The notes under the pieces are model-generated. The model saw nothing but the letters and a program-made list of their open reading frames with translations. It had not been told where the DNA came from and did not search any database. A stretch of DNA of 64,000 nt from Pelobium sp. (GTDB taxonomy: Bacteria; Bacteroidota; Bacteroidia; Sphingobacteriales; Sphingobacteriaceae), in the NCBI GenBank assembly GCA_965218985.1, contig CBDCMP010000004.1, forward strand, positions 330,869-394,868. Reading direction: 5' to 3'. Shown here in pieces: positions 1-10,039 of this stretch. The stretch's first letter is position 1. The number at the start of each line of letters is the position of its first letter. Both the position numbers and the translations under genes were made by a program.

Positions 1-7
1 AGGATGC

Positions 8-2383
8 TCATGTTAATTGGTGTTTTTTAGCAGCCAAACGAGTGGCGATGCTGGTGAAAGAAACAATGGTGATGGTGCTTAAAGGCATTAAAATAGCGGC
101 GACCAATGGAGAGAGCTGCCCGGTCATGGCAAAGCCAACACCGATAAGGTTATAAGCTATAGAAATGATGAAAGAGAGGTGCACCACTTTAACCGCTGAT
201 TTAGAAAAATTGAGAAATGAGGGTAATAATTGGAGAGATGCAGCATCTAAAATGGCATCGCTTCCCGGCGTGAAATTATTGATGTTATCTGTGATGGCGA
301 TGCCTGCATGACTTTGTTTTAATGCGCCAGCATCGTTTAAACCATCGCCGATCATTAACACTTTGGCCCCTTTTTTTTGTTGCTGAGCAATGAAATCCAG
401 TTTATGCTGAGGAGATTGGTTAAACAGCAGGTGTCCTTCTTTAAATAGCGGGTGCAGTGCAATCGCGTCATGGTCTCCGGATAGTAAATAGGAGGTGTAT
501 ATCTTCTCCACCTGCTGCAATAAATCAGCTAAACCTGTTCTTAGTTTTTCTTTGATGATGAAATAACCCAGGTACCTCTCGCCCATCTGCACATGCACCT
601 CTGGGTGTTGCTCGGATAGAATGCGTTTCCCTTGTACAAAAAATCGGCTGCCCAGGGCGATCAATTCTTTATCATACAGTAGGGTGATTCCTGATCCTGG
701 TATTTCAAAATATTCTTCAATCGCGATGGTAGGCTGTGCACCAAGATAAGTGCATATTCTTCTGCTAAATGGGTGGTTCGAATTTTTACAGACCGCATAA
801 ATAATGGCCTTTTCTTTGGGTGTTAAACTCCCCGAAAAGGAGATGCCGGATTGGTTGGCCAGGGTAACGGTCCCTGTTTTATCAAAAACGACGGTGTCAA
901 TCTCCGCCAACTGCTCCACCACATCGGTGTTTTTTAAATAGAATTTGTTACGGTCGAAAACACCCAACGCTGCCGACATAGTGAATGGGGTGCTCAATGC
1001 CAAAGCGCAGGGACAGGCCACGATCAAGATCGCGGTGAAGGCATTTAAGCCCTTCTCCCAATCCTGTGGCAGCCAGTACAGTAAAGTGCCAACAGACAAC
1101 ACCAATAAATAAATGCTGAAGTGGCGACTCACTTTATTGACAAAAGTTTTAACGGGATTAGACCTAGATTTATCAAAAGCTTCATTGTTCCATAAGGCAG
1201 TGAGGTGGCTTTGTGAAACGGGTTTAATCACCTCCAATTCAATAGCAGCCATGGTTTGCCGGCCACCGGCATAGACAATTTCGCCCAGTGTTTTTCGCTC
1301 TGGTTGTGCCTCTCCGGTGACAAAGCTGAAATCCACCATCGCTTCGCCTTTTAACAGGATGGCATCTGCAGGAATGATCTCCTGGTTCTTTACCAATATT
1401 CGGTCACCTTTTTTAAGCTGCTCTAGGGAGACGGATTTTTCATTTTGGTTTTCATCTAAAACCTGTACCGCAACCGGAAAGAAAGAACGGTAATCTCTGT
1501 CGAATGAAAGGTGATGATAGGTTTTTTGCTGTACAAATCTCCCCACTAAGAGGAAAAAGATCAAGCCTGTTAAGCTATCTGCAAAGCCTTCGCCGGTATG
1601 AAAAATAAAATCGGCCAGTGTTCTTAAGAATAATACGCTGATACCTAAAGCCAGTGGAAAATCGATATTTAAAATACCGCTTTTCAGGTTCACATAAGCT
1701 TGCTTAAAATAGTCGCTGCCTGCATAAAAAACTGCTGGCAGGCAAAATAATAAGCTCAGGAGGCTAAAGAAATGGCCAAACTGTTGTTCGGCTTCTCCCA
1801 ATCCAAAATAAGAAGGAAAGCTCAGCAGCATGGCATTCCCAAAACAAAAACCTGCCACTGCTATTTTCAGCAAAAGCGGGTCGCGTTTCTGGTTATTTTT
1901 ATTCACCACATCCTGAAAACTGATCAGAGGCTCATAACCTATGGAAGTGAGCAGGTCCACCAATTCTTTCAGGCTGATTCCGCCAGTTTTATATTGAATG
2001 CTCACCTGTTTTTTTAGAAAATCAACCCGGTTCTCTATGATGCCGGTATGCAGTGTGTTTAGTCTTTCCAGCAGCCAAATGCAGGAACTGCAATGGATGG
2101 CAGGGATATAAAAGGAGACCATGGTGTTCTTTTCATCGCTATAGCTGATGAGTTTTGCGGCGATTTCATGATTTTCTAAATAAGCGAATTGTTCACTGCT
2201 TTGCTTTTTATTTTTGCCAGGATGTGCATTGAGCTGATAGTAGGTTTGCAGTTTCCCCTCTTTAAGAATACTATACACACTTTTGCAGCCATCGCAGCAA
2301 AAGCTTTTCTGGTCCAAAGTGATTCGGTCTGAAAAACAAAGGTCGCCGCAATGATGACAATGGATTTTTAGGATAACCGACAT
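8..2383 (-). CDS. Heavy-metal P1B-type ATPase, CcoI/FixI-like (cbb3 oxidase Cu delivery type)
   Basis: N-terminal CHHC...CCDGC, HMA motif HCSSC, TGE, transmembrane CPC, DKTGT phosphorylation motif, GDGLND. Confidence 0.9.
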   Translation of the reverse strand: MSVILKIHCHHCGDLCFSDRITLDQKSFCCDGCKSVYSILKEGKLQTYYQLNAHPGKNKKQSSEQFAYLENHEIAAKLISYSDEKNTMVSFYIPAIHCSSCIWLLERLNTLHTGIIENRVDFLKKQVSIQYKTGGISLKELVDLLTSIGYEPLISFQDVVNKNNQKRDPLLLKIAVAGFCFGNAMLLSFPSYFGLGEAEQQFGHFFSLLSLLFCLPAVFYAGSDYFKQAYVNLKSGILNIDFPLALGISVLFLRTLADFIFHTGEGFADSLTGLIFFLLVGRFVQQKTYHHLSFDRDYRSFFPVAVQVLDENQNEKSVSLEQLKKGDRILVKNQEIIPADAILLKGEAMVDFSFVTGEAQPERKTLGEIVYAGGRQTMAAIELEVIKPVSQSHLTALWNNEAFDKSRSNPVKTFVNKVSRHFSIYLLVLSVGTLLYWLPQDWEKGLNAFTAILIVACPCALALSTPFTMSAALGVFDRNKFYLKNTDVVEQLAEIDTVVFDKTGTVTLANQSGISFSGSLTPKEKAIIYAVCKNSNHPFSRRICTYLGAQPTIAIEEYFEIPGSGITLLYDKELIALGSRFFVQGKRILSEQHPEVHVQMGERYLGYFIIKEKLRTGLADLLQQVEKIYTSYLLSGDHDAIALHPLFKEGHLLFNQSPQHKLDFIAQQQKKGAKVLMIGDGLNDAGALKQSHAGIAITDNINNFTPGSDAILDAASLQLLPSFLNFSKSAVKVVHLSFIISIAYNLIGVGFAMTGQLSPLVAAILMPLSTITIVSFTSIATRLAAKKHQLT

Positions 2384-2429
2384 ATCAGTGTTTCGCTATC
2401 ATTATTCTTGAATTTGAAAAGATGCCTGT

Positions 2430-2624
2430 TCACCTGCTACTGATTTTTAATAAGCGGTACAGTGGACAAAAACTTACCATGGCCGTGAGGATGAATATTG
2501 ATGCAATGATGATCCCGATGGTCGCAAGCGTGCCTGTGATCAGCTGAAGGCTAAATAACACAAAGATTCCTATAGCAATTGCAAAACGAATCAATCGGTC
2601 AATGATACTCATATTTCCTCTCAT
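2430..2624 (-). CDS. DUF2892 (YgaP-like) small membrane protein
   Basis: NMSIIDRLIR start, two hydrophobic helices, FCPLY motif. Confidence 0.85.
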   Translation of the reverse strand: MRGNMSIIDRLIRFAIAIGIFVLFSLQLITGTLATIGIIIASIFILTAMVSFCPLYRLLKISSR

Positions 2625-2642
2625 GATGCTTGATATTTCAGG

Positions 2643-2685
2643 CTAATTTAAGGTGGGCGAAGGCCTCAAAAAATGACGAAGATCA
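2643..2685 (-). promoter_or_regulatory. CRP/FNR-like box (2674-2685) plus -7-like element TAAATTAG upstream of DUF2892-ATPase
   Basis: Minus strand TGATCTTCGTCA, 23 nt, TAAATTAG (near Bacteroidota TAnnTTTG). Confidence 0.5.
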
Positions 2686-3420
2686 GTTTTTAACCTGAAC
2701 ACCAACTTTTATAAAAGTGAGGAGGCCAATGATGAAGATGAACCATAAGGAGAGGTTTTTAAATTTACTTTGGGGCACATGATTTAAGATTTTTTTACCA
2801 ATGAATGTTCCTGAAAGCCCTATCACAAATAAATAAGGTACATAAGACCACTCTTGCTGGCCAATGTATCCGTTCTGATAGTAAACAATTGTTCTGGTGG
2901 AATCAATCAATAAATCAATGAATGCGGAGGTGGCTATGAAAATGCTTTTCTCTAAATTGAAGGCATTCATGGTCAATCCCCTGATGGCCCCGCCTGTTCC
3001 TAATAAGCCCGCTAAAAAACCGGAGAGGGTGCCGCCGATGATGGAGTTCTTTTTATCGGCCTTGAAAATCAAATCCTTCTTGATCAGGAATAGCAAGCTA
3101 AGGATGATTAAAAAAGCTGCTAAGGCTATCTCTAAAATATAGCCGTTTAAATATTTTGATAATAAGCCACCTAAAATCACGAATAATACAGAGGGTGCGC
3201 CGATATAAAGCAGCAAAAATTTGTCGATTCCTTTTTTAAATAAAAAAATCTTACTCAGGTTACTGGAGAGGTGGAACAGCGCTGTTAACCCTAATACAGT
3301 ATGGAAACTAAAATAGAAATTGCCGATGGGTACAAAGAAGACCGATGATCCGAAGCCACCAATGGTGCCAATGATTTCTGCCAATAAAGCCAGTAACAGA
3401 AACACGAAATTCATTTTCAT
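2683..3420 (-). CDS. Sulfite exporter TauE/SafE family membrane protein
   Basis: GTIGGFGSSVFFVP and GFLAGLLGTGGAIR repeats, highly hydrophobic. Confidence 0.85.
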   Translation of the reverse strand: MKMNFVFLLLALLAEIIGTIGGFGSSVFFVPIGNFYFSFHTVLGLTALFHLSSNLSKIFLFKKGIDKFLLLYIGAPSVLFVILGGLLSKYLNGYILEIALAAFLIILSLLFLIKKDLIFKADKKNSIIGGTLSGFLAGLLGTGGAIRGLTMNAFNLEKSIFIATSAFIDLLIDSTRTIVYYQNGYIGQQEWSYVPYLFVIGLSGTFIGKKILNHVPQSKFKNLSLWFIFIIGLLTFIKVGVQVKN

Positions 3421-3448
3421 GAGTTAGAGGCCTAAAGGTTTAAGGCCC

Positions 3449-4732
3449 CTAAGCATGTTCAAATCTTTGGAAATAGGAACGTTCTAAATTCTCCCGATGA
3501 TTGGGATGGGCAAGTGCTGTCAAGGCTAAAGCTCTTTGTTTTAAATTCTTTCCAAAAAGATTCACCATTCCGTATTCTGTCACCACCCAGTGAACATGTC
3601 CCCTGGTGGTCACCACTCCGGCACCTTCTTTCAAAAAAGGGGTGATCCGGCTGATTCCTTTATGGGTTTGAGAGGGGAGAGCGATGATGGGTTTCCCCCC
3701 TTCAGATAAGGATGCTCCGCGGATAAAATCCATTTGCCCCCCTATTCCCGAATATTGATAGGCACCAATGGAATCCGAGCAAACCTGCCCGGTTAAATCT
3801 ATCTCGATAGCACTGTTGATGGCGGTGACTTTTGGATTTTGGCGGATGACACTCGTATCATTCACATAGCTGATATCCATCACCCTCACCCCGGGATTGT
3901 CATCCACAAAATCATATAGCTTACGTGTGCCAGTGATGAAAGCAGTGACAGAACGACCAATATTCAGTTTTTTCTGGCTGTTGTCAATCACTCCTCTCTG
4001 AATCAGCGGGATGATGCCATCAGAGAACATTTCTGTATGGATGCCTAAATGCTGATGAGTCGTCAGGTTTTTTAACACCTGATCAGGGATGGCACCAATG
4101 CCCAATTGCAAGGTCGCTCCATTTTCAACCAGTGTCGCCACGTTGTATCCCACTTTCGCCATTACGGCATCACTGGCTAAATCATAATCGACCTCCGGCA
4201 AAGCCGATTCATGCCAAACCAGGGCATCTATGTTTTTTAAATGGATGAAGCTATCGCCATGTGTCCTGGGCATGAGTGGATTCACCTGTGCAATCACCTG
4301 TTTCGCCATCTCCACGGCAGCCCTGGCGATATCCACCGAGGTGCCAAGGGAGCAATAACCATGATGATCTGGTGGAGAGACCTGAATTAAGGCCACATCT
4401 AGCGGTAGAATATTTTTTCTGAACAACTGGGGAATCTGACTTAAAAATATAGGCACATAATCTCCATCCTCACTGTTCACCACAGATCTCGTGGCTTCAG
4501 ATACAAAAAGGGAATTGAAGAAGAAAGATTTTCGATGCCCGGGATGGTCAAAATTCACATTCCCCAGGGTGGTGATGCTCACCAGCTCCACATTATAAAG
4601 TTCTTTGTGCCTGTTCTGCAAGGCTTCCACCAGGCAAACCGGTGTGGCTGCGCTCCCATGTATAAAGACTCTTTGTCCGGGTTGTACAATTTTTAATGCT
4701 TCTTCTGCTGCAATATAAGTGATATCTATCAT
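3449..4732 (-). CDS. Acetyl-CoA hydrolase/CoA-transferase family protein
   Basis: LQLGIGAIP, GIHTEMFSDG (catalytic Glu), SGIGGQMDFIRGA motifs. Confidence 0.92.
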   Translation of the reverse strand: MIDITYIAAEEALKIVQPGQRVFIHGSAATPVCLVEALQNRHKELYNVELVSITTLGNVNFDHPGHRKSFFFNSLFVSEATRSVVNSEDGDYVPIFLSQIPQLFRKNILPLDVALIQVSPPDHHGYCSLGTSVDIARAAVEMAKQVIAQVNPLMPRTHGDSFIHLKNIDALVWHESALPEVDYDLASDAVMAKVGYNVATLVENGATLQLGIGAIPDQVLKNLTTHQHLGIHTEMFSDGIIPLIQRGVIDNSQKKLNIGRSVTAFITGTRKLYDFVDDNPGVRVMDISYVNDTSVIRQNPKVTAINSAIEIDLTGQVCSDSIGAYQYSGIGGQMDFIRGASLSEGGKPIIALPSQTHKGISRITPFLKEGAGVVTTRGHVHWVVTEYGMVNLFGKNLKQRALALTALAHPNHRENLERSYFQRFEHA

Positions 4733-4779
4733 GACTAAACAAGGTTTTTACAGGTTTTTTATTGTTGATATAATTGTTC

Positions 4780-5634
4780 TTAAGCCGGGAAAACAAGTAA
4801 TGGAACCTGAGTGTGACTGGCCATTTTCATGGTGTGGCTTTTATTTAAAAGTTTGGATAAAAGATGATGTTTTCCATGCACCATGGCCAGCATATCCACC
4901 TGGCCATTTGTACACAACCAATTCAATCCCTCATCCACGGATTTGTTTTTCAATATTCTATGATAGATGAGTGGATAATCTGACTTATTGGACAATTCTG
5001 TTGTGAATGCTGCAAAGGCTTTTTCATGTGCGGCCACCTCCTCGTTTTTATTCTGTATATGCACCAAAAGTATCTCTGCATGCAAAGGCCGGGCTAAACT
5101 GATGAGTTGATAGATTGCATCTAAATCTTTTCCAAGGTGTTTCAATTCAGAGGCAAAGGCTATTTTTTTTATGTTCTTTACGGAGTTCCCTTTCGGAACC
5201 AATAGCACCGGTATTCCTCCGTCATTGATGAGATCTCTGGAATGATCACCCATAAGCAATCTGCTGAACGCTCCTCCTTCATGAGTCCCCATCACCACTA
5301 AATCTATTTTTTGCTGATCATTTATACTGCTTATCACCTCATTCAGTGCGCCCACTTTGCACAGGCATTCCATTTTAGGTTGATAGGTGTGTGCATAAGA
5401 ACCACGCTCTAAATCATTCTTTAATCTTTTTAGATCCAGTTCAGAATCGTCAGTTATCACCACCCGTTCTTCCATAGGCCATAGCTCCAACCCGGTTTGG
5501 GGAACAACGATGGGTATGGTGATGGCCGTGCATAACACCACCTTTGCATTTAAATGTCTGGCCAACTCATAACCAAAACGAGCGGCTTGTGTGGCGTTTT
5601 CAGAGAAATCAGTGGCACATAGTATAGTTTTCAT
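4780..5634 (-). CDS. Universal stress protein (tandem USP domains)
   Basis: ILCATDFS, DLVVMGTHEG, second domain ending VPLLVFP. Confidence 0.9.
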   Translation of the reverse strand: MKTILCATDFSENATQAARFGYELARHLNAKVVLCTAITIPIVVPQTGLELWPMEERVVITDDSELDLKRLKNDLERGSYAHTYQPKMECLCKVGALNEVISSINDQQKIDLVVMGTHEGGAFSRLLMGDHSRDLINDGGIPVLLVPKGNSVKNIKKIAFASELKHLGKDLDAIYQLISLARPLHAEILLVHIQNKNEEVAAHEKAFAAFTTELSNKSDYPLIYHRILKNKSVDEGLNWLCTNGQVDMLAMVHGKHHLLSKLLNKSHTMKMASHTQVPLLVFPA

Positions 5635-5655
5635 ATCAGTGATTTTTTTACAGGG

Positions 5656-5787
5656 TAAATCTCCTGATTTGGAGAGGGATTAAAAGTGATGCCCATCATG
5701 TTTTAATATGATCTTACAGGATTATCAAAGAATATTTTTATAAGTGATCCCCGTCATTGATAATCATTGTGATTTAAAATAGATTTG
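5656..5787. promoter_or_regulatory. Divergent promoter region with two CRP/FNR-like boxes (5687-5698, 5745-5756)
   Basis: TGATGCCCATCA and TGATCCCCGTCA; the plus-strand box lies 23 nt before a perfect TAGATTTG (5780-5787). Confidence 0.6.
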
Positions 5788-5926
5788 TGTACAGGATATG
5801 AATTTTATTTTAAAAATCAGCTGATAAACTTAATGATGAAACCTGCATGAGCTTACCGCTCACAAATACGAATGAATATAAGCTCATGCATGCTTCATTA
5901 ACCATTAAAAAAACAATTATATACGG

Positions 5927-6379
5927 ATGAAAAATTTAGAAAATCAGGAAAGTAATGATCTTCTCCGGGAGAATCATTTTGGACATCTGGCTTTTATTGC
6001 GGATAACAAGTCTTTTGTAATTCCTATCACTTATTATTATGATTCAGATGAAAATGAAATCATCGCTTACTCCGGGCCAGGGCATAAGATAGATTCGATG
6101 AGAATTAATCCTTCGGTCGCTTTTCAGGTGGAGGAGGTTAATTCCATCAATAGTTGGCGATCTGTATTGATTCATGGTGAATTTGAGGAGATCAACGGGG
6201 CAGAGGCGAAGTATGAGTTACATAAATTTGCTGAAGGAGTAAAAAATGTCATCAGCGAAAGGGAAAATAGAAATCTGCAGTATATCAGTGAATTCTCCAG
6301 CGATATCTACGCAGGTGGAACCACCATCGTTTACAAGATAAAGATAACTGATATCATAGGGAAACAGATGGAAGAATAA
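5927..6379 (+). CDS. Pyridoxamine 5'-phosphate oxidase-like flavin-binding protein
   Basis: GHLAF, VIPITY, GHKIDSMRINPSVAFQVE, WRSVLIHGEF. Confidence 0.85.
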   Translation: MKNLENQESNDLLRENHFGHLAFIADNKSFVIPITYYYDSDENEIIAYSGPGHKIDSMRINPSVAFQVEEVNSINSWRSVLIHGEFEEINGAEAKYELHKFAEGVKNVISERENRNLQYISEFSSDIYAGGTTIVYKIKITDIIGKQMEE

Positions 6380-6473
6380 TCCCAGCTTTATATGATACCC
6401 ATCATTAAATCAGAAGTCTTAGGTCATTCTTTACGACTTAAGAAGGGAGTACTTTAGTGATCTAAAAAATCCG

Positions 6474-7175
6474 ATGATGGAAGCACCAGAACAGGCAGTA
6501 TCCATGCCGAGAATAGGAGATAAAGCTCCTGAATTTAAAGCGATAACCACGCAAGGTGATCTTAATTTTCCGGCTGATTATAATGGGAAATGGGTGATCC
6601 TGTTTAGCCATCCGGCCGACTTCACTCCGGTTTGCACATCCGAGTTTATGACATTTGCAAAGATGGAACCCGAATTTAATGCTTTAAACTGTCAACTAGT
6701 GGGTTTATCCATTGATGGTTTATACAGCCACATAGCGTGGTTAAGAACGATTAAAGAAAAAATCGAAATTAAGGGCATGAAAAATATAGAAGTGAAGTTC
6801 CCTTTGATTGAAGATATCACCATGGAAGTAGCCCAAAAATATGGGATGATTCAGCCTGGCGAAAGTTCTACCAAAGCAGTGAGAGCAGTTTTCTTTATCG
6901 ATCCAAAAGGGATCATCAGGGCCATTATTTATTACCCACTATCTATGGGTAGAAATTTTGATGAATTGAAAAGAGCCCTCATCGCCATGCAAACTGCTGA
7001 TAAATTCAGCATTGCCACACCTGCTGATTGGCGCCCGGGTGATGAGGTGATTGTTCCCACGGCAGGTTCATGTGGGGTTGCAAAAGATAGAATGGAAAAC
7101 AAGGAAGAAATGACCTGCTACGATTGGTTTTTCTGTACAAAACCATTACCCATTGAAAAAGTGTTGACTAAATAA
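6474..7175 (+). CDS. Peroxiredoxin (Prx6/TDXH-like)
   Basis: FSHPADFTPVCTSEF peroxidatic motif, ATPADWRPG, C-terminal CYDWFFC. Confidence 0.93.
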   Translation: MMEAPEQAVSMPRIGDKAPEFKAITTQGDLNFPADYNGKWVILFSHPADFTPVCTSEFMTFAKMEPEFNALNCQLVGLSIDGLYSHIAWLRTIKEKIEIKGMKNIEVKFPLIEDITMEVAQKYGMIQPGESSTKAVRAVFFIDPKGIIRAIIYYPLSMGRNFDELKRALIAMQTADKFSIATPADWRPGDEVIVPTAGSCGVAKDRMENKEEMTCYDWFFCTKPLPIEKVLTK

Positions 7176-7188
7176 ACTCATCAATAAC

Positions 7189-7635
7189 ATGGAAGCACAT
7201 TATTATAACGTAGAAGTAAACTGGAATACCGAGCGCAAAGGCGTGATGTGTTCTCCGGAGCTGAATAAAGATGCAGATACTTGCATAGCAGTAGCCACAC
7301 CTCCAGAATTCCCAAAAGGGATTCCCGGTATATGGTCTCCTGAACACCTGTTCACCGCCGCTGTGAGCAGCTGTTTAATGACCACCTTTTTAGCCATTGC
7401 TGAAAATTCTAAACTGGCATTTATAAGTTTCAGTTGTCATTCAAAAGGGAAGTTGGAGCAGGTGGAGGGAAAGTTTATGATGAGTGAAATCATCCTTGAA
7501 CCTGTAGTGACCATTAGCGATGAAAAAGAACGCGATAGAGCAGGAAGGGTGTTGATGAAATCTGAAGCGGCCTGCCTGATATCAAATTCTGTGAAGTCGA
7601 AAATCACGATGATCCCCCTGATTCAGGTAAAGTGA
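7189..7635 (+). CDS. OsmC family protein
   Basis: WSPEHLFTAAVSSCLMTTF and ACLISNSVK cysteine pair. Confidence 0.9.
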   Translation: MEAHYYNVEVNWNTERKGVMCSPELNKDADTCIAVATPPEFPKGIPGIWSPEHLFTAAVSSCLMTTFLAIAENSKLAFISFSCHSKGKLEQVEGKFMMSEIILEPVVTISDEKERDRAGRVLMKSEAACLISNSVKSKITMIPLIQVK

Positions 7636-7665
7636 AAATAGATGGAGTTATAGGTTGATGTAATT

Positions 7666-7716
7666 AATGACATCCTGAATATGAGCCAAAATATTAATGT
7701 TCAGGATGTTATTTTT
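7666..7716. terminator. Probable intrinsic terminator between convergent osmC and ldt genes
   Basis: Stem AATGACATCCTGAA / TTCAGGATGTTATT followed by T-run. Confidence 0.55.
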
Positions 7717-7863
7717 GTTTATTGCTGTTTAACTGTAAAATTAGCTGATAAGATTAATCTAGTGTCATGTTAATCATAAAACGACGAAAAATCATATTTT
7801 TAAATTACTTATTATCAATGAGATAAATATTTTGTCTTTTAACTTTCTACTTTTAACCTAACA

Positions 7864-9456
7864 CTAGTGTCTCTCTGGATCTTCCAAAATCATATCGGCT
7901 AAATGTTCGTCCAAATCATAAATATCCTTCCTGAAATTCAACTTTTTATCCTGTCCAACAAATGCCGTGAAATAGGCGATGAACACAGGGACCCTATCTT
8001 TTAAAGTCACATAAGTTTCTTTGCCGTTTTTCATGGCTGCATTTATCTTTTCAGGTGTCCAAGCTGCATCATGGCGAAGTAAGAAATTCGCCAGTTTAAC
8101 TGGTTCCTCCACACGGATGCATCCATGGCTAAATGCTCTGGATGTTTCACCAAACAGTGATTTAGCTGGTGTATCATGCAAGTAGGTGTTATAGCTGTTT
8201 GGGAAAAGGAATTTCACCAACCCTAAAGCATTATTAGGTCCTGGTTTTTGTCTCACGATGGGCAAACCATTTCTATATCCGGTGATCTCCATATCATGGG
8301 AGTGGATATAGTTTGAATTTTTTCTCATCTGTGGAAGTATTTCATTTCTAACAATACTTTCAGGCACATTCCAATAAGACCTGAACACCACATATTTAAC
8401 TTCTCCATAAAATACAGTGGTGGGATGGCTGGTTTGTCCCACCACCACATTACAACTCCACAACAAGCTGTCGGCATGGAAAACGTGTAATTTATAATCC
8501 GGGATGTTAACGGCGAGTACATCAGTATGGACAGAGACAGGCAACCACCGGTTCCGTTCCATATTCACCACAATTTGCCTTATTCTGCTCTTTAATGGGA
8601 TGTTTAAGGTGTTAATGGTTTCATTCCCTATTTTACCATCAACGGTTAACCCGTTTCTTTGCTGAAAACCTTTTAGGGCATGGTAAAGTCCTTCGTCAAA
8701 GAAGGCGTTAGCGGTGTCACCCAAATAATCCTCCAATAAATAAAGTCGTTTTTTAACCTCAGCAATCGTAAGGGAAGTATCACCTTGATTTAAGGTGACG
8801 GTGTTTTTAATGGGGTACCAGTCAGCTATGCTGTCTAAAGCTTTGTATTTTCTCAAATAGGCTTTCAGTAAATCATATTGACGGTAAACCGGTTCTTTGG
8901 GCAGCTTATGGTTTGTATTGTTTAACAGGCTATCCAGGTAGTGCTCATCATTCACTTTCTTGCGGGGCAGGTGCCATTTCAAAGATTCACTCACGGATTC
9001 GTCCATCCCTTCCCAGCTGAGTTTAGAGAACGCAAAGTACTGCGCGGTGAGCATGAGCTCCAGAGAGAGGTCTGGTTTCTTTTGATGTTCCTCCGCCGAT
9101 TGATAGATTAAAGAATCCAATGCTTGCTGATAAGGAATTTTTTGGTACACCCCTTCATCTTCCAAATTGATGATCCTGTTATAAAGGTTGCCTGCCTGTT
9201 CAATCAGCTTTGCATCATCAAACCAGGCATAAGTATAATTTCTTGAACTGTAAAAAGTGGAAACGTCTTTTTCAGCTTCTTTAAGGAGAGGATGAGTTTT
9301 AAAAAAGCGTTCAATTTCCACACTGTCAAAAGTGAGCTGATTTTGCCCAACGAAGCTACCTGGGATGCTTTCATCCCATTTTTTTAAGGATATATCGGGT
9401 AGCTTCTCTTTCTTTACCGCTTGCCCGCAACTGATTAAAGAAAGGGCGCTCATCAA
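7864..9456 (-). CDS. L,D-transpeptidase (YcbB/LdtD-like) lipoprotein with peptidoglycan-binding domain
   Basis: YLHDTP...SHGCIRV catalytic motif, FQQRNGLTVDG PG-binding motif, lipobox LISC; true start probably 9480 (see findings). Confidence 0.9.
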   Translation of the reverse strand: MMSALSLISCGQAVKKEKLPDISLKKWDESIPGSFVGQNQLTFDSVEIERFFKTHPLLKEAEKDVSTFYSSRNYTYAWFDDAKLIEQAGNLYNRIINLEDEGVYQKIPYQQALDSLIYQSAEEHQKKPDLSLELMLTAQYFAFSKLSWEGMDESVSESLKWHLPRKKVNDEHYLDSLLNNTNHKLPKEPVYRQYDLLKAYLRKYKALDSIADWYPIKNTVTLNQGDTSLTIAEVKKRLYLLEDYLGDTANAFFDEGLYHALKGFQQRNGLTVDGKIGNETINTLNIPLKSRIRQIVVNMERNRWLPVSVHTDVLAVNIPDYKLHVFHADSLLWSCNVVVGQTSHPTTVFYGEVKYVVFRSYWNVPESIVRNEILPQMRKNSNYIHSHDMEITGYRNGLPIVRQKPGPNNALGLVKFLFPNSYNTYLHDTPAKSLFGETSRAFSHGCIRVEEPVKLANFLLRHDAAWTPEKINAAMKNGKETYVTLKDRVPVFIAYFTAFVGQDKKLNFRKDIYDLDEHLADMILEDPERH

Positions 9457-9498
9457 AAAACAAGGCTATATTTTAGGCATAAGTCTTTCATCTGTATG

Positions 9499-9984
9499 TC
9501 AATCGGTCAGTAAGTGACTTTTATGCTCTCCGTCAAAAACTTGCTCTGCCAGGGCGAATAAATCTTTTTTTACGGCTTTCTCCTCCAGAAAGAGGGCTTT
9601 AATAGCTTCGGTGATTTGTGTATTCTTCGCTATCAACTCCATACTCATCACTTTTTCAGGATGTTTCAGCATCGACTCCAGCAAGTGTTGATTTTTGATG
9701 ATCAGTAATTTAAGCGTTTGTCTTTTTTCACCTAATTCAGCTAAACTTTTGTTAACGGGATGGAGCTCCTGTATCCTTTGTTCATGAATAGCCAGCGTAA
9801 TCACCCTGTCAAATAATTTTTTTAAAAATCGCATTTCATCCTCCATAAAGAGGACATCAGAAAGCCACTCTTTGTTTTCAAGGTGAAGTTCCTGTAATTC
9901 TGACGATAATTGTCTGCTTTCTATAGTTTCCATCATGCTTTTATTTATAGTGCTAATTTCATTTTTTAGCCAATACCCACACAT
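9499..9984 (-). CDS. Hypothetical helical protein
   Basis: ELQELHLENKEWLSDVLFMEDEMRFLKKL helical pattern; start uncertain. Confidence 0.65.
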   Translation of the reverse strand: MCGYWLKNEISTINKSMMETIESRQLSSELQELHLENKEWLSDVLFMEDEMRFLKKLFDRVITLAIHEQRIQELHPVNKSLAELGEKRQTLKLLIIKNQHLLESMLKHPEKVMSMELIAKNTQITEAIKALFLEEKAVKKDLFALAEQVFDGEHKSHLLTD

Positions 9985-10039
9985 GATTTGAAATCAGAAA
10001 TTTTATGATCCTCATCATTATTGGATCTTTTTTTAGGCT

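Noticed and set aside
4720-4731. TGATATCTATCA as another CRP/FNR box
   Set aside because: It lies inside the first codons of the CoA-transferase gene, with no appropriately spaced -7 element.
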